This document shows, one piece after another, positions 7,030 to 15,571 of a stretch of 43,774 nt of DNA (position 1 is the first letter of the stretch; each line of letters begins with the position of its first letter). The notes under the pieces are model-generated. The model had not been told where the DNA came from. It did not search any database and was given only the letters and a program-made list of their open reading frames with translations. A program made the translations under genes and the position numbers. The stretch is from a virus (Duplodnaviria > Caudoviricetes): positions 1 through 43,774 of IMG/VR virus record IMGVR_UViG_3300033067_000634. One strand, given 5' to 3'.

Positions 7030-7473
7030 ATGAGCGCAGAGATAATAACTAACGATGAAATAAGAAGTAGAGGAACTAAATTTGCATCTTTAAACGGCAA
7101 GGTTAAGGTTAATGACATTAAATACTACGCATACTGTAAAGGGGCGTTTGATACTAAAGATGATTATAACCAACAAACAGCTTCTTTACAGAAAGAGTTT
7201 GAGCAACAAGGTATAAATCTTGGAAAGGAAATTATTGAAAACGAGAGATTACAGAAAGATTATGATGAACTGTTAGGAATTTCCGAACAGTTGGTGATGG
7301 CTTTGAAGGCATATAAGCATCACTATGAAGGAGAAAACATTTCATTAAGAGCCTGTACCAACATGGGTGGAGAAGCCCTTGAAGCCTACGAAGTATTAAC
7401 AACTAAAAACAAAGAAGATATGAAAGAAAACATAATCAATACAATCAAAGACCTTTGTGCTAAATTTCTTTAA
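7030..7473 (+). CDS. Hypothetical protein
   Basis: 147-aa ORF; its end may be the start of a separate interrupted gene (see findings). Confidence 0.55.
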   Translation: MSAEIITNDEIRSRGTKFASLNGKVKVNDIKYYAYCKGAFDTKDDYNQQTASLQKEFEQQGINLGKEIIENERLQKDYDELLGISEQLVMALKAYKHHYEGENISLRACTNMGGEALEAYEVLTTKNKEDMKENIINTIKDLCAKFL

Positions 7474-7783
7474 TATGACCGCAAAGAAGATGAAACGCTA
7501 TCTATTGAACAACTAAACGATGCTGTCAAGTCGGGCGAAATTACAATAGATGAAATGGTTGATGAGTTCAGGAACAACCTTGCAAATACTTTCAATAAAT
7601 AATAGATTAAGTTCTTTTTGATATTTGCTTGTTATCTGACAATGCCAGTTGGACTTAAAATCTACGAGGCTGGATAGAATTACAAGCAATGAAGCCACAA
7701 GCAAAGGGGAGGTGAGTAGGGTGATATAAAAGCCTATTTGAAAGCCTCCCTTTAGCTGTGGTGATTAATAGTAAACTAAAACA

Positions 7784-7975
7784 ATGAATATGAAACTCAG
7801 AAGATTGTTTGGAATAATTTTATTAAGCCTTATAAGTCCTATACTTTATGGAATTATATTATGCAACACTAATGGATTTTGGTTTGGCTTTTTAGTTGGA
7901 TTATGTACTGAAATTTCACTTATCACTCTTTGTTTATTTGTGTATATGGTGTTTGAATATTTAATTTACGATTGA
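7784..7975 (+). CDS. Small two-TM membrane protein
   Basis: Two hydrophobic segments; A-rich leader. Confidence 0.55.
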   Translation: MNMKLRRLFGIILLSLISPILYGIILCNTNGFWFGFLVGLCTEISLITLCLFVYMVFEYLIYD

Positions 7976-7999
7976 TGCAAATATACTACCACTACACTT

Positions 8000-8242
8000 T
8001 TACTGCGAAGTCTTACGATAGTTGTTATCCCACAGAACATCACGTATAATTTTTGCGCTTTTCTTTACACGAGTTTCGGACAATTCAGGGAAGGCTATAT
8101 GCAACGCCTCATGTATTAGGGTGTCTAGGTATGATTTAGGTCTTTGGCGTGGGTCTACCTCAATTAAACCGCTAGGGTGAGCCAATCCAACAGCCCCGTG
8201 TTTACCTAGTTTTCGCTCTCTAACCTTGGATTTCTTTGCCAT
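8000..8242 (-). CDS. Small HExxH zinc-metallopeptidase-like protein
   Basis: GLIEVDPRQ..LDTLIHEALH. Confidence 0.65.
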   Translation of the reverse strand: MAKKSKVRERKLGKHGAVGLAHPSGLIEVDPRQRPKSYLDTLIHEALHIAFPELSETRVKKSAKIIRDVLWDNNYRKTSQ

Positions 8243-8477
8243 TTTGTTTGAATCCTATTTCTGTTATTCTATTTTGAAACTCCTGCACGTTTGGTTGTGA
8301 TACCTGAAACTCAAATTTATCTCTTATGCTAATCATTATAGAATCGTAAATAGACTGAATTAGCTTACTTTTGCTCGGCTTTTTACTGTGCCGATTAGCC
8401 TCATCTATCCCTGCCTCTGTACCAGTTAAAATACACTCGGATAAAATCTCGTATGTTTTAGGTACTAGCATATACAA
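8220..8477 (-). CDS. Hypothetical protein
   Basis: Operon-packed ORF. Confidence 0.55.
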   Translation of the reverse strand: MYMLVPKTYEILSECILTGTEAGIDEANRHSKKPSKSKLIQSIYDSIMISIRDKFEFQVSQPNVQEFQNRITEIGFKQNGKEIQG

Positions 8478-8512
8478 AAGTGCCTTAGATTACACTATTT
8501 TGCCTTTAATTA

Positions 8513-9310
8513 TTATTTGTTGGTGTATAAAGTTCCGTTATACATACAAGTTCCGTTAATTATAATATACGGTGTTGCAAAAAACATGATACCGTTCTTA
8601 GTCATAACAAACTCAACATCTATAAACCCGCTTTGCCAGTCAGTCATCTTTGCTGTTGGGATATACTCCACGCTCTCCTTTATTCTAGTGCAACCCATCT
8701 CTAGCCAACAGTATGGATTACGCTTGTTTGTTATGTATTTAATGCCAAGCCTATGGCTATGTCCCGATGCGCCACTACCCATATACTCCATAATATTCTT
8801 CTCTTGTGCTGATTTTGCCAATGACAAACCATGTACAATATCAAACATATTAAAATATGAGCGTATTGGTGACGGGTCATATTCCATCTTTAGCTTCTTA
8901 AGTCCCAACATCTCATCAAAAGATTGAGTGTTGAACTTTTTATACATAACCTGTAGTGTAGCTAATTGAGATTTACTAAGAAGAAAAGGCTTGGTTATTC
9001 TCTCATCGTGGTTTCCGATTCTTATAACTATATTGGCTTTTGTGCTTAGTCTAAGGGGTCGCAGTATTTGGTCTCTAGTGTATTCTATTTCTCCTATTTC
9101 TGAGTAACCTGATAATATCCCATCTTCATGTAATCTTCTTGCGTGTGCTGAGATATATGGCATATCTACTATATCGCCATTTATACCAACCTCATCAAAT
9201 TTATTGTCCTTTAGAATGTTGTTTATACACCCTAGTGCTTTCATATCTGCCAACCATCCATGACAGTCGCTAAACCAAAGAGCTTTAAACCTACCTTTAT
9301 TTAATTTCAT
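8513..9310 (-). CDS. Calcineurin-like metallophosphoesterase
   Basis: SDCH, GDIVD, GNHD, HG and GHSH motifs. Confidence 0.85.
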   Translation of the reverse strand: MKLNKGRFKALWFSDCHGWLADMKALGCINNILKDNKFDEVGINGDIVDMPYISAHARRLHEDGILSGYSEIGEIEYTRDQILRPLRLSTKANIVIRIGNHDERITKPFLLSKSQLATLQVMYKKFNTQSFDEMLGLKKLKMEYDPSPIRSYFNMFDIVHGLSLAKSAQEKNIMEYMGSGASGHSHRLGIKYITNKRNPYCWLEMGCTRIKESVEYIPTAKMTDWQSGFIDVEFVMTKNGIMFFATPYIIINGTCMYNGTLYTNK

Positions 9311-9313
9311 TGG

Positions 9314-9823
9314 TTATCTTTTAAAAATACTAGAAACCCATGCTGATAAATAATTATATCCAAGCCAAAGAATCAAAAAAACTAATGATCCTATAAACCA
9401 ATACAGGCATGGTTTAGCCCACCAATATTCAATAAACTCCTTTACTGGTCTTACCTCAGTATTACCCTTGTAGGTACTTATTATTCTATCCTTTGTTTCA
9501 ATTATGGCGCGTAAAGAATCCTCTTTGCACGTAACAGTTAACTTGCCTTTATGAATACTAACGCTTGCCGTTAGGTTCTTTTTTTTCTCTGTGTGTTTAA
9601 ATGTTATATTGTCCGGTATAACTCCAATAGTATCAAATCCAAATTCAAAAGCCGGAACATAAACCGTATCGCGCTTGTAGATCGTAGTGTCCTTATAAAC
9701 AATACTGTCGTGTGTTTGTGGTGGGAATTTTCTTTCACATTTACTTTGCGTTACGCACCCTTGAAATACGCTCGCAAACAATAGAATCAGCCCAAATACA
9801 AGCCCGTTGTTTTTCATACTCAT
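9314..9823 (-). CDS. Lipoprotein with a C-terminal TM; unimolecular-spanin candidate
   Basis: Lipobox FQGC, beta-rich middle and C-terminal TM, in the lysis cluster. Confidence 0.6.
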   Translation of the reverse strand: MSMKNNGLVFGLILLFASVFQGCVTQSKCERKFPPQTHDSIVYKDTTIYKRDTVYVPAFEFGFDTIGVIPDNITFKHTEKKKNLTASVSIHKGKLTVTCKEDSLRAIIETKDRIISTYKGNTEVRPVKEFIEYWWAKPCLYWFIGSLVFLILWLGYNYLSAWVSSIFKR

Positions 9824-9912
9824 TGTTTAGTTTTATGATTTGATACTCGTAATTATTAGTACAGTAGTTTGTTGTAACGCAGCCCGAAAATAGAAAGGCT
9901 ATAAATACGATA

Positions 9913-10170
9913 CTACGCATCTGTCTTAACAGGCTCTTTTATCCCGAAAAACTTAGTTATGAACTTAACAACAGAACCTCCAAACATCAACCACACGTTA
10001 GCCTTTGCAAATATCACCGGAACGGGCATACCGTTTTGTTCAAGTATCGGTATCATAACCTCTAATAATCCACTTAAGAAAGCTATGAAAAGGGAAATAT
10101 CCCCGATTATTTGTATTGCCTTTGGCGTATTGTTTTTAAACCAATGAGATACTCCAATTACTGTTTTCAT
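9913..10170 (-). CDS. Putative holin
   Basis: Small protein with 2 TM helices after a TPK motif, adjacent to the lysin candidate. Confidence 0.55.
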   Translation of the reverse strand: MKTVIGVSHWFKNNTPKAIQIIGDISLFIAFLSGLLEVMIPILEQNGMPVPVIFAKANVWLMFGGSVVKFITKFFGIKEPVKTDA

Positions 10171-10171
10171 G

Positions 10172-10603
10172 TTAGTAGGTTTTATAGTTTATTTTTCCGT
10201 TTTTATTCTTCAGTAGGCTCATTAAATTTGTAAATGCCGATTTACTTCCAGTCAACGAAGGTGTTTTTTTATCAAATCCAGTTCCAACAGAAGTGCATCC
10301 CTTTAATTGATAAGCCCAATTTGCAACGTGAATTAAAATATATCTCGCCTTTCCAACGCCCAAAGCATCGTTGTAAATGTGTGGGCAAATTGCTTTGTTG
10401 CTTGGTGAATTATGGAATGTAAAGTCATAAGCCCCGTCAGGGATTAAAGTATCTTTCCTCTCCATAGTATAGCAAATGAACTTCCCGGTATCAGCATCTC
10501 TCATCTCTCCAAATACAGATCCGTACGGCTTTCCGTCAAACATGATAAGAGCCTCCGTATAATTCGGGTGTCCCTTCTTATATCTCTGTACAGATAAGTT
10601 CAT
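10172..10603 (-). CDS. DUF5675-like protein, putative endolysin (L,D-transpeptidase-like)
   Basis: CYTME..IPDGAY..ILIHVAN..LKGCTSVG..S..AF motifs. Confidence 0.7.
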   Translation of the reverse strand: MNLSVQRYKKGHPNYTEALIMFDGKPYGSVFGEMRDADTGKFICYTMERKDTLIPDGAYDFTFHNSPSNKAICPHIYNDALGVGKARYILIHVANWAYQLKGCTSVGTGFDKKTPSLTGSKSAFTNLMSLLKNKNGKINYKTY

Positions 10604-11115
10604 TAGAAATCAGTATTTATCATGTCTAAAGCCGACAATGTGAATATTAACACAGCTATAACCATTAGCGCGATACGCACAACTGGAGTCATTATAGTAG
10701 TTAATATTGCGGTGCTTGTTCTGCTTTGGTCTAGCCAGTGTCCATATTTACCGTCTACCTTCTTGCGCCAGTAGTAGTACATACCGTTATGCAAAAAAGG
10801 CTGTGATAACATCATTGCAAATACAGCCATGCCGTCATTTAGCCATGCGCCCAAAGGAATAACTACGCAAGCCCTCATGGCCATAAATAAAGGGTGTTCG
10901 TTAAAGTTTTCTTTTAGTGAACTTGCCGACTCGTGAGCGTAATAATATGCGTGTAAAACACCCTCTGCCAAACAGTAGCCAACCCAAACAACAGCCGAAA
11001 GAACATAAGGAGTGTGTAATATCCAGTTGAGTAGAAACTCGTTTGTAAGCACGTAGCATATAATGCCGAATACAGCAATTATACTAACCATTGTAAATAT
11101 TGTTTTCTCTTTCAT
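10603..11115 (-). CDS. Multi-TM membrane protein
   Basis: About 4 hydrophobic segments. Confidence 0.65.
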   Translation of the reverse strand: MKEKTIFTMVSIIAVFGIICYVLTNEFLLNWILHTPYVLSAVVWVGYCLAEGVLHAYYYAHESASSLKENFNEHPLFMAMRACVVIPLGAWLNDGMAVFAMMLSQPFLHNGMYYYWRKKVDGKYGHWLDQSRTSTAILTTIMTPVVRIALMVIAVLIFTLSALDMINTDF

Positions 11116-11372
11116 TTGTTTGAGTGTTCAAATAGTTTACTTATAAAGTGTCCAATCTCTGCTATTCCAACTAAAGACAAAAACCACAATACGCCCTTTT
11201 GTTTATTATGTGATGCTTCGTGCTTGTCAACTAGGATAAGTTTTTTTTGTGTGTATTCATGGTGAGTCTCAATCCTAGCTATACTCTGAACCATATCTTT
11301 TCTAAACTCTTCGCTCTTTTCGATATGGTCTCGGAGCATTTCGCGCAATGTTATTTCTTCTTTACCTGCCAT
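11112..11372 (-). CDS. Coiled-coil plus C-terminal TM protein (XhlA/holin-like)
   Basis: Architecture and position upstream of the lysis genes. Confidence 0.5.
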   Translation of the reverse strand: MAGKEEITLREMLRDHIEKSEEFRKDMVQSIARIETHHEYTQKKLILVDKHEASHNKQKGVLWFLSLVGIAEIGHFISKLFEHSNK

Positions 11373-11374
11373 TA

Positions 11375-11689
11375 TTACTCAATCTTTTGAATTGGCTTAG
11401 TGTTTATTTCGTCTTCGGCTTGTTTACGCGCTTTCTCTGCTGCCCTGCCTCCTGCACACTCACGGCTTATTCTTTTTAGGTAGCCTAGAATAAGATCATT
11501 TACAAAATCTTTTTTCTCTTTTGCGTTTTTTGCTACAATAGGAAGCCCCGTGCGATTGTCAAAGGCATAGCAAGAATAAATTTGGTTGATAACCGCTGTA
11601 TCAAGTTCTTGCTTTACAACAGTTGTTGTTTGTGCTTTAGCTGTAATACTTAGTGCTACAATTGAAATAAGTGTTAATAGTTTTTTCAT
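11375..11689 (-). CDS. Hypothetical protein with a signal peptide
   Basis: MKKLLTLISIVALSITAKA|Q. Confidence 0.65.
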   Translation of the reverse strand: MKKLLTLISIVALSITAKAQTTTVVKQELDTAVINQIYSCYAFDNRTGLPIVAKNAKEKKDFVNDLILGYLKRISRECAGGRAAEKARKQAEDEINTKPIQKIE

Positions 11690-11702
11690 TGTTTATGGTT
11701 TT

Positions 11703-13904
11703 TTAATGTGATACCCAAGCTGATCCATTGTAAAATACAGGACATGTAACCGCACCGCCACCGGTTAGTGTACCTAAATAAGTGGGTGCTGTTGCGTCAG
11801 TAACATAAGCTACGTCTCCGGTTGTTCCTGCGGGGAGCGTTGCAACTGTATATGCCTTTAAATTTTGGGGTAAACTGTTGATTATTTTATCTGAAAATGT
11901 AAATGCCGAACCCGAACCTACTGCGTTAAATGTTACGCCACCGGTTGAGCCAACGGTTGTGCTATAATAATTAGAACCGTCATACCCAATTCTTAGCTGT
12001 TCGGTTGTTGATACAGCGTGTACACGCGCTGAAGCTGAAACAGACCCAAGCCCAAAATAAGTGTCTCCGGATGAGTTAATATTAGCCCTTAACGCAGCTG
12101 CATCGGTAGCCCCGTTAACGTAAAACCTAATTGATCCGCTTGAGTTTGTTGCCGCTAAGTTTACACCCCCAGCTCCAACTGATGCAACTTTTAATCCATC
12201 GGGTTTATTTACGTTAGATGAATTTGTAAATCCCGGAGAAAGATAAATTATTGATGAGTATGCAGTACCTGATTGATATAAATCAAACCCCGTAAAAGCC
12301 CCTGTATTAGATGTTGTATTACTTATCGTTACTAGTGTCCCTGAGTTTTGATTTTTAGCTACCTCTAAAGTAGAAGTACCCGAAGGTGATGAGGTTTGTG
12401 TTGCTGTTCCAATCAATAAAGCACCACTATTTAAAAGTCTCATTTGCTCTGTTGCTCCGTTGTTTCCGTTCTGCCAAATAAAATCAGAGCCTGTTGTTGC
12501 GTTTCCGCTAGTGGTTCTAAATGTTTTTGTACTTGTTGTTGTTGTTCCTCCAATTTCTAAAGGAGTAGTTAACGAGGTGTTAAGCGTAGCAGCTTGAAGC
12601 CATGCCGGTTTTGTTGATGTACCTTGTGAACCCAATAAATAACCTGTTGCAACGGCTGTAATTGCGGAGTAGGTATTTGTTCCGCTGAACGAACCAATAT
12701 CGCCAGTTGCGCCACTTAATCCAAGTGTTCCTGTTGTTGTAATTGTACCGCCTGTTATTCCGTTTCCCGTTGCAATGCTTGTAACTGTTCCGCTTGTTGC
12801 CGGGTTTTGCCAAGTGGCATTGCCACTGGCGTCTGAAGTAAGTACCTTGTTTGCGCCTGCAGAAGCAATATTAACCTGCAAAGCTGTATTGATTATTGAT
12901 TTTGTACCTGCATTTAATGTTATTGTGCCGGTATGGTTTATGTCTGTTCCGCTTGAATTTTGTATTATAGAAGCTACTCCTCCTGCGTTGTTATAATCAA
13001 ACCTTGCTTGTGATTGGGTTAAGTATAACCTTCCTTTGTTTGTACTTGGGTCAGATGCCACTGTAACCTCACCGGCATCAAAAGAGATAAAAGGCGTTGT
13101 TGCTCCTGTTGTAAGTGTGTTTGTTAGGTATGTTGAATTTGGTATGGCAATGTTTGTTCCGTTATCTTGTATTGAGCTGTTGCCTATTGCGGTTGAGCTT
13201 GTTGCTTTTGTAATGTAGTTTGTTGTTAAGCCGCTTATACCTCCGGATGAAGTTTGCCAAGTGGCGTAACCGTTTGCGTCAGAAGTAAGCACCTTTCCGC
13301 TGCCTTGGTTTCCGTCAGTATATCTCAATGAGTCTTGGCTAATAGTTAAACCTCTGTCTGTGCTGATAGTTGTTTTACCAGTCCCTGAAAGTATTACTGT
13401 GTTACTTGACGGGTTTGTTTGCTTGCTTACAGATATGTATGATACGTTAGAACCCTCACCGGCTTGTAATACCAAAGACGGGTTTGATGATGAATGTTGC
13501 CCGAAAATAGACACCCCATCATAGGTTTGTCCATCTGTGCTTATCCAAAAATAAGCTGTGTCTAATTCTATTTGTGATCTAGTTGTATCTGTGCTTGTTA
13601 TGTATCTTAACGCAGGTAGTACTATATTCCTACCTCTTTGATATAAAAACCCGTTACCGATAGAACCTGAACCAGTAAATATCGGCATGTAGTTGGTTGT
13701 TCCGCTGCCTGAAATGTACGAACCAAAAAAAGCTGTTTTAAAGTTCGCAATACTCATTCTTTTAGTACCGCCAGTTCCAAGCGTGTCTACAATCAAATTC
13801 CAACGATCAAACCCGGTAGTGATTACCGGTAGGTTCATTACTTTAATTTGGCTAAAAGAAAAAAGCGATAAAGTTACCGCTAATGTTAATAGTATTTTTT
13901 TCAT
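11703..13904 (-). CDS. Tail fibre-like G/S/T-rich protein with an N-terminal signal peptide
   Basis: Repeats KVLTSDAxGxATWQ (x2) and GxxTNYxx (x2); C-terminal YTVATLP..G..AYVTDA..YNGSAW fibre-type end. Confidence 0.7.
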   Translation of the reverse strand: MKKILLTLAVTLSLFSFSQIKVMNLPVITTGFDRWNLIVDTLGTGGTKRMSIANFKTAFFGSYISGSGTTNYMPIFTGSGSIGNGFLYQRGRNIVLPALRYITSTDTTRSQIELDTAYFWISTDGQTYDGVSIFGQHSSSNPSLVLQAGEGSNVSYISVSKQTNPSSNTVILSGTGKTTISTDRGLTISQDSLRYTDGNQGSGKVLTSDANGYATWQTSSGGISGLTTNYITKATSSTAIGNSSIQDNGTNIAIPNSTYLTNTLTTGATTPFISFDAGEVTVASDPSTNKGRLYLTQSQARFDYNNAGGVASIIQNSSGTDINHTGTITLNAGTKSIINTALQVNIASAGANKVLTSDASGNATWQNPATSGTVTSIATGNGITGGTITTTGTLGLSGATGDIGSFSGTNTYSAITAVATGYLLGSQGTSTKPAWLQAATLNTSLTTPLEIGGTTTTSTKTFRTTSGNATTGSDFIWQNGNNGATEQMRLLNSGALLIGTATQTSSPSGTSTLEVAKNQNSGTLVTISNTTSNTGAFTGFDLYQSGTAYSSIIYLSPGFTNSSNVNKPDGLKVASVGAGGVNLAATNSSGSIRFYVNGATDAAALRANINSSGDTYFGLGSVSASARVHAVSTTEQLRIGYDGSNYYSTTVGSTGGVTFNAVGSGSAFTFSDKIINSLPQNLKAYTVATLPAGTTGDVAYVTDATAPTYLGTLTGGGAVTCPVFYNGSAWVSH

Positions 13905-13908
13905 GCTT

Positions 13909-14022
13909 TTATACTTGAACTATTTTCAGAGCGTAATTAGAGCCGTCATAAGAAAGAATAAGCCTTAATATATCTTCTATACTAAGGCTTTCCTGACATG
14001 TTATTTTTGTAGTTGTAGCCAT
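13909..14022 (-). CDS. 37-aa protein with one copy of a small repeated module
   Basis: Hand-translated MATTTKITCQESLSIEDILRLILSYDGSNYALKIVQV*; TAATG-coupled and similar to the two upstream ORFs. Confidence 0.6.
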   Translation of the reverse strand: MATTTKITCQESLSIEDILRLILSYDGSNYALKIVQV

Positions 14023-14240
14023 TAGGTTACTGTTATTGTCTTCATAGCCTGATTAGTGGAATCATACACCATCATAACTATATCTTTCCACGTCAATCCG
14101 TCTGGACATGTTAATGGACTTGTAAATCCACCCGGAGAACCTTGGTCTTTTACGGCTATTGCATAACCTCCAGAGCCATCCGTGCGAATTATACTCCGAA
14201 AGAAATCTTCCGGAGTTATTTCAAGTTGACAGGTCGCCAT
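14022..14240 (-). CDS. Small putative virion protein with two module copies
   Basis: TAATG coupling; TC...DG..YA module. Confidence 0.7.
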   Translation of the reverse strand: MATCQLEITPEDFFRSIIRTDGSGGYAIAVKDQGSPGGFTSPLTCPDGLTWKDIVMMVYDSTNQAMKTITVT

Positions 14241-14488
14241 TATGCTTTCGCTATTCTGATAGCTAAATCACCGTTTGCGTCTAAGGCAAACAAGCTGTTG
14301 ATTAAAGCTGCTGTATTTTGTTCTGAGGCATCACTACCACAGATAACAGCCTTACTACCCGCTACGTTTGTAGGTTCGTAGTAGCGCAAATAGTTTTTAC
14401 CTGATGCGTCTACCCCTATTGCTCCTGCTAACAATTCAAAGAATGAAAAGTCTGCTCCGCAAGTTATTGCATTATCGTTTGCTGCCAT
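14240..14488 (-). CDS. Small putative virion protein with two module copies
   Basis: ITC...DASG and VIC...DANG. Confidence 0.7.
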   Translation of the reverse strand: MAANDNAITCGADFSFFELLAGAIGVDASGKNYLRYYEPTNVAGSKAVICGSDASEQNTAALINSLFALDANGDLAIRIAKA

Positions 14489-14493
14489 GTTTA

Positions 14494-15063
14494 TTAGAAT
14501 TGGTCGCCTGTTGTATCAGTTATAGGAGAGTCAATCATCTCAGGCTTGTATTGATCTTCCCATGTTATTGTTAATTGATAGTACATTATGTCTTGGTAGC
14601 CTTCCGGAACTACTATATCAGACTTAATGCTGATAGGTAAACCAGCGTTACCTCCAAATAGTTTATGGTCGCGTGTTTCAAACCAACCCAAAAAACTTCC
14701 GGTACTGCAATCAATAAGGCGCATTGCCTCGTTGATGTTTGTGTTTACTTCGTCAACCTTAAAGTTCAGTGTAAACTTTTTAACTCCGTAAATTTTACGA
14801 CCTAAAGAAACTTCTTTCTCTGTGGATTCAGCGGCTGGTAAATCACCGATACCAATTAGAGTACGGATGCTTGATGCTCCTGCCGCATCGTTATCAAGGC
14901 GAGATGCCCATTCAACTGCGCTCCCCCAATTCGCTAATGGATTTCCAGAAGTAGTAAAAAATACTTTAGAAATCTGTCCGTTCTCTATATCAGGATTACA
15001 TTTGGAAAAATCAAATGCTGGTAGTGTACCTGTGCAATCCGAATTACATAATGGCTGTGACAT
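14494..15063 (-). CDS. Putative major tail (tube) protein
   Basis: 189 aa, beta-rich, with its own promoter in the tail region; assignment is by size and context. Confidence 0.5.
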   Translation of the reverse strand: MSQPLCNSDCTGTLPAFDFSKCNPDIENGQISKVFFTTSGNPLANWGSAVEWASRLDNDAAGASSIRTLIGIGDLPAAESTEKEVSLGRKIYGVKKFTLNFKVDEVNTNINEAMRLIDCSTGSFLGWFETRDHKLFGGNAGLPISIKSDIVVPEGYQDIMYYQLTITWEDQYKPEMIDSPITDTTGDQF

Positions 15064-15085
15064 GATTTTATCTTTTTAGTTAATA

Positions 15086-15093
15086 CAAATTTA
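15086..15093 (-). promoter_or_regulatory. -7 promoter box
   Basis: TAAATTTG about 23 nt upstream of the ORF 15063 start. Confidence 0.55.
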
Positions 15094-15146
15094 AATCGTT
15101 TATTTATTACTATTACAAAACTGTTTTAATTTATACAAAATGTAGT

Positions 15147-15566
15147 TTATGAGGTACAGCACGACCCTTTTGTTATTTGATCGTCCTGCTCAAATGACAC
15201 AGTACAAAGTGCCATACACTCATTTGTTATGTCCTCCCAATTTACGTCAACCTTTACGTTTCTTATGTTGGCGGTATAACCGGAATTTAAAATTGTTATG
15301 CTTACAGTATCGTGTAGGGGTATTGCCACTAAAGAATCTACTACGTACTCAGGAACTAAGACCTCGAATTTGTATATCTTATTCAGACTTTGAAATGTTG
15401 GCAAATTAACTCCATCAGAGTTCATGTCTTCCTCTACTTCATACTGATAGTCGGGCTTTCCTATTTCTGTATCAAAGTATAAGATATTACGAAAATCTCC
15501 GTCATAATAAATTCGTCCTAAGTCACATGAATTTGACCACTGTAATTTTATGTATTGCGTTGCCAT
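15147..15566 (-). CDS. Putative tail protein
   Basis: Position in the tail module. Confidence 0.6.
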   Translation of the reverse strand: MATQYIKLQWSNSCDLGRIYYDGDFRNILYFDTEIGKPDYQYEVEEDMNSDGVNLPTFQSLNKIYKFEVLVPEYVVDSLVAIPLHDTVSITILNSGYTANIRNVKVDVNWEDITNECMALCTVSFEQDDQITKGSCCTS

Positions 15567-15571
15567 ATTTT

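Noticed and set aside
7471-7473. Genome-wide stop-codon reassignment
   Set aside because: Long genes are intact in the standard code and TAA is used as a normal stop; this is a single case.
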